Assembly (NCBI RefSeq): GCF_032444005.1
Contig: NC_091290.1
Coordinates: 62,558,001-62,622,000 of the forward strand
DNA: 64,000 nucleotides
From: Ranitomeya imitator
Taxonomy: Eukaryota
Direction: 5' to 3'
The first letter of the stretch is position 1, and each line of letters begins with the position of its first letter. The translations under genes and the position numbers were made by a program. Of the stretch, positions 62,531 through 64,000 are shown one piece after another. The notes beneath the pieces were generated by a model. The model had not been told where the DNA came from. It made no database searches and saw only the letters and a list, made by a program, of their open reading frames with translations.

Positions 62531-62999
62531 AAAACTGTGATTTTTCAGCAGGGAAGTAGGTAATCACAGGAATGCAGTTTGATATCTTCCACCATGGTAA
62601 TAGTTGAACACAGAAGTAATTAAAAAATAAATTAAATTTAGTAGAGAGAAAGGGAAGTTCATCAGCACATCAATCCAGGATATATAAAACTTGTCTTTAT
62701 TTAGAAAAAATTATTAAAACATGATAAAAAATTAAACCTCAAAAAACCCCAGCACACTCAGGAGGATCTCCTGTCGAAATACTGGTCCAGCAATTTTCAT
62801 CATGGTAAGCTTTCAAACTACCCTCTCCCTCCTCCCCACTACTATCACTCCTAAATTAAATTTAGTTTCTTCCAGCAGAGCAATGTTTAATAGCAACAAT
62901 GTAACGGAGAAGTAAATGGAGTCTGGTATCCTCCATTAATAACAGTGGTATAGCAGAAAAGAAAATGCAAACTACAGACATGCTTGAAGAGAAGCATTA

Positions 63000-63720
63000 C
63001 TAAAATTGCCAGAACTAGTAATGAAAAGGACTGAAAAGCATTGCAAGAACGTGGTAACTTACATGTTGAGAGGTTGGTAAGAACAACAACTAGCATGTTG
63101 GACTGAACTTAGAAAAATGTTGGCTGTGGCATGGAATAGTAAAGATAATAGACAACTGGCCAGAGCTCAACCAAGGGAAGTAGATGAAATCTCCTTACCA
63201 ACTTGAGGCAACTGTGGACAATGTTACTAAACTCCAACTTGACCTCTGCAAATCCAGCCTTAAAAGGTCTATTGCAAAGATGCCTCAGGAGTTTGCTGGG
63301 TTAACAGAGAAACCTGGAGTGGACTACTGCAAAGAAGGTTATAGGGGTAGATAGAACAAGCTTGGCAGTTGTGCCAGAATGGGGGATTAACACCGAGACA
63401 TTCGTCGCTTAACTAAACATTTTTTGCAGAATAAAGTAGTCTCATTTATAGCAACATTACACCAGAATGGCTATGGACTCTTTCAAATGGATACTATGTC
63501 TCTCTGCTAAATTTTTCAGGGATGGCTTGGAAAGCATGTCAAAAAGTTCATGTTGTGGGCATTGCCTCCAAGTTTGCAAATGTTAATCCAACCCAACCTA
63601 AATATCTAACCTATGGAGGACTCATATTACAGCCAATGCAGCTTGAGCAATCTCTTGCTAACATTTTGGCATCCGATTCCACAGGACACCCTCACATATC
63701 TTTAGGCCCTCTGGCATACA
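63000..63720 (+). pseudogene. Possible L1 ORF2 C-terminal (zinc-knuckle) remnant
   Basis: AWKACQKVH / FMLWALP fragments resemble CWR.C...H..W.CP; very decayed. Confidence 0.3.
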
Positions 63721-64000
63721 GGACTCAATGGAACAGAGATAATTTTGTGCCATTTAAGGGTACCTGCCAATATTAGGCAGGGGTTTATAATATTATGGCC
63801 AATTGATATACTTTATAATAATGTATGTGAAACATGTAAACAAATCTGATACGTACAGTAACGATAAAAAAAGCAGAAACTCAGTTTCTATTTTTTTTAT
63901 GAATTATGTATAATCTTTTTTTTTACTTTTCTGCATGGTTATCAAATCTTTTGTCCATAACTTTTTAAGGCTCAAAAGAATTATTGGCATGACTATTGTA

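Overview
Vertebrate genomic DNA, not prokaryotic. The repeat families suggest an anuran amphibian (inference). The only host coding sequence I recognise is one 63-bp, phase 0-0 exon of luzp2 (+ strand, 60444-60506, NKSLKNKLLSGNKICGLRAEE). The rest is most likely luzp2 intron densely filled with nested mobile elements: five Tc1/mariner copies (one nearly intact), six solo LTRs with exact target-site duplications (TSDs), piggyBac-type (TTAA) non-autonomous elements carrying telomere-like and 390-bp tandem arrays, a Harbinger MITE, a Kolobok/T2 MITE, an L2 LINE, a non-autonomous Helitron and many minisatellites. The most interesting content is two Penelope-like retroelements (PLEs; RT + Cys-rich linker + GIY-YIG), each bounded by a 16-bp TSD and carrying minimal hammerhead-ribozyme (HHR) variants with palindromic stem III. 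In the + strand copy (28483-31257), the 3' tail restarts exactly at the predicted ribozyme cut after an A15 tract, and the inverted 5' piece ends 3 nt from the same point. This looks like a fossil of ribozyme-defined RNA ends being used in reverse transcription. The - strand copy (33483-38116) is near full length, with two ~98% identical pseudo-LTRs (pLTRs) whose hammerheads have an unusual CCGUAGA core. All assignments were made by eye, without database searches.
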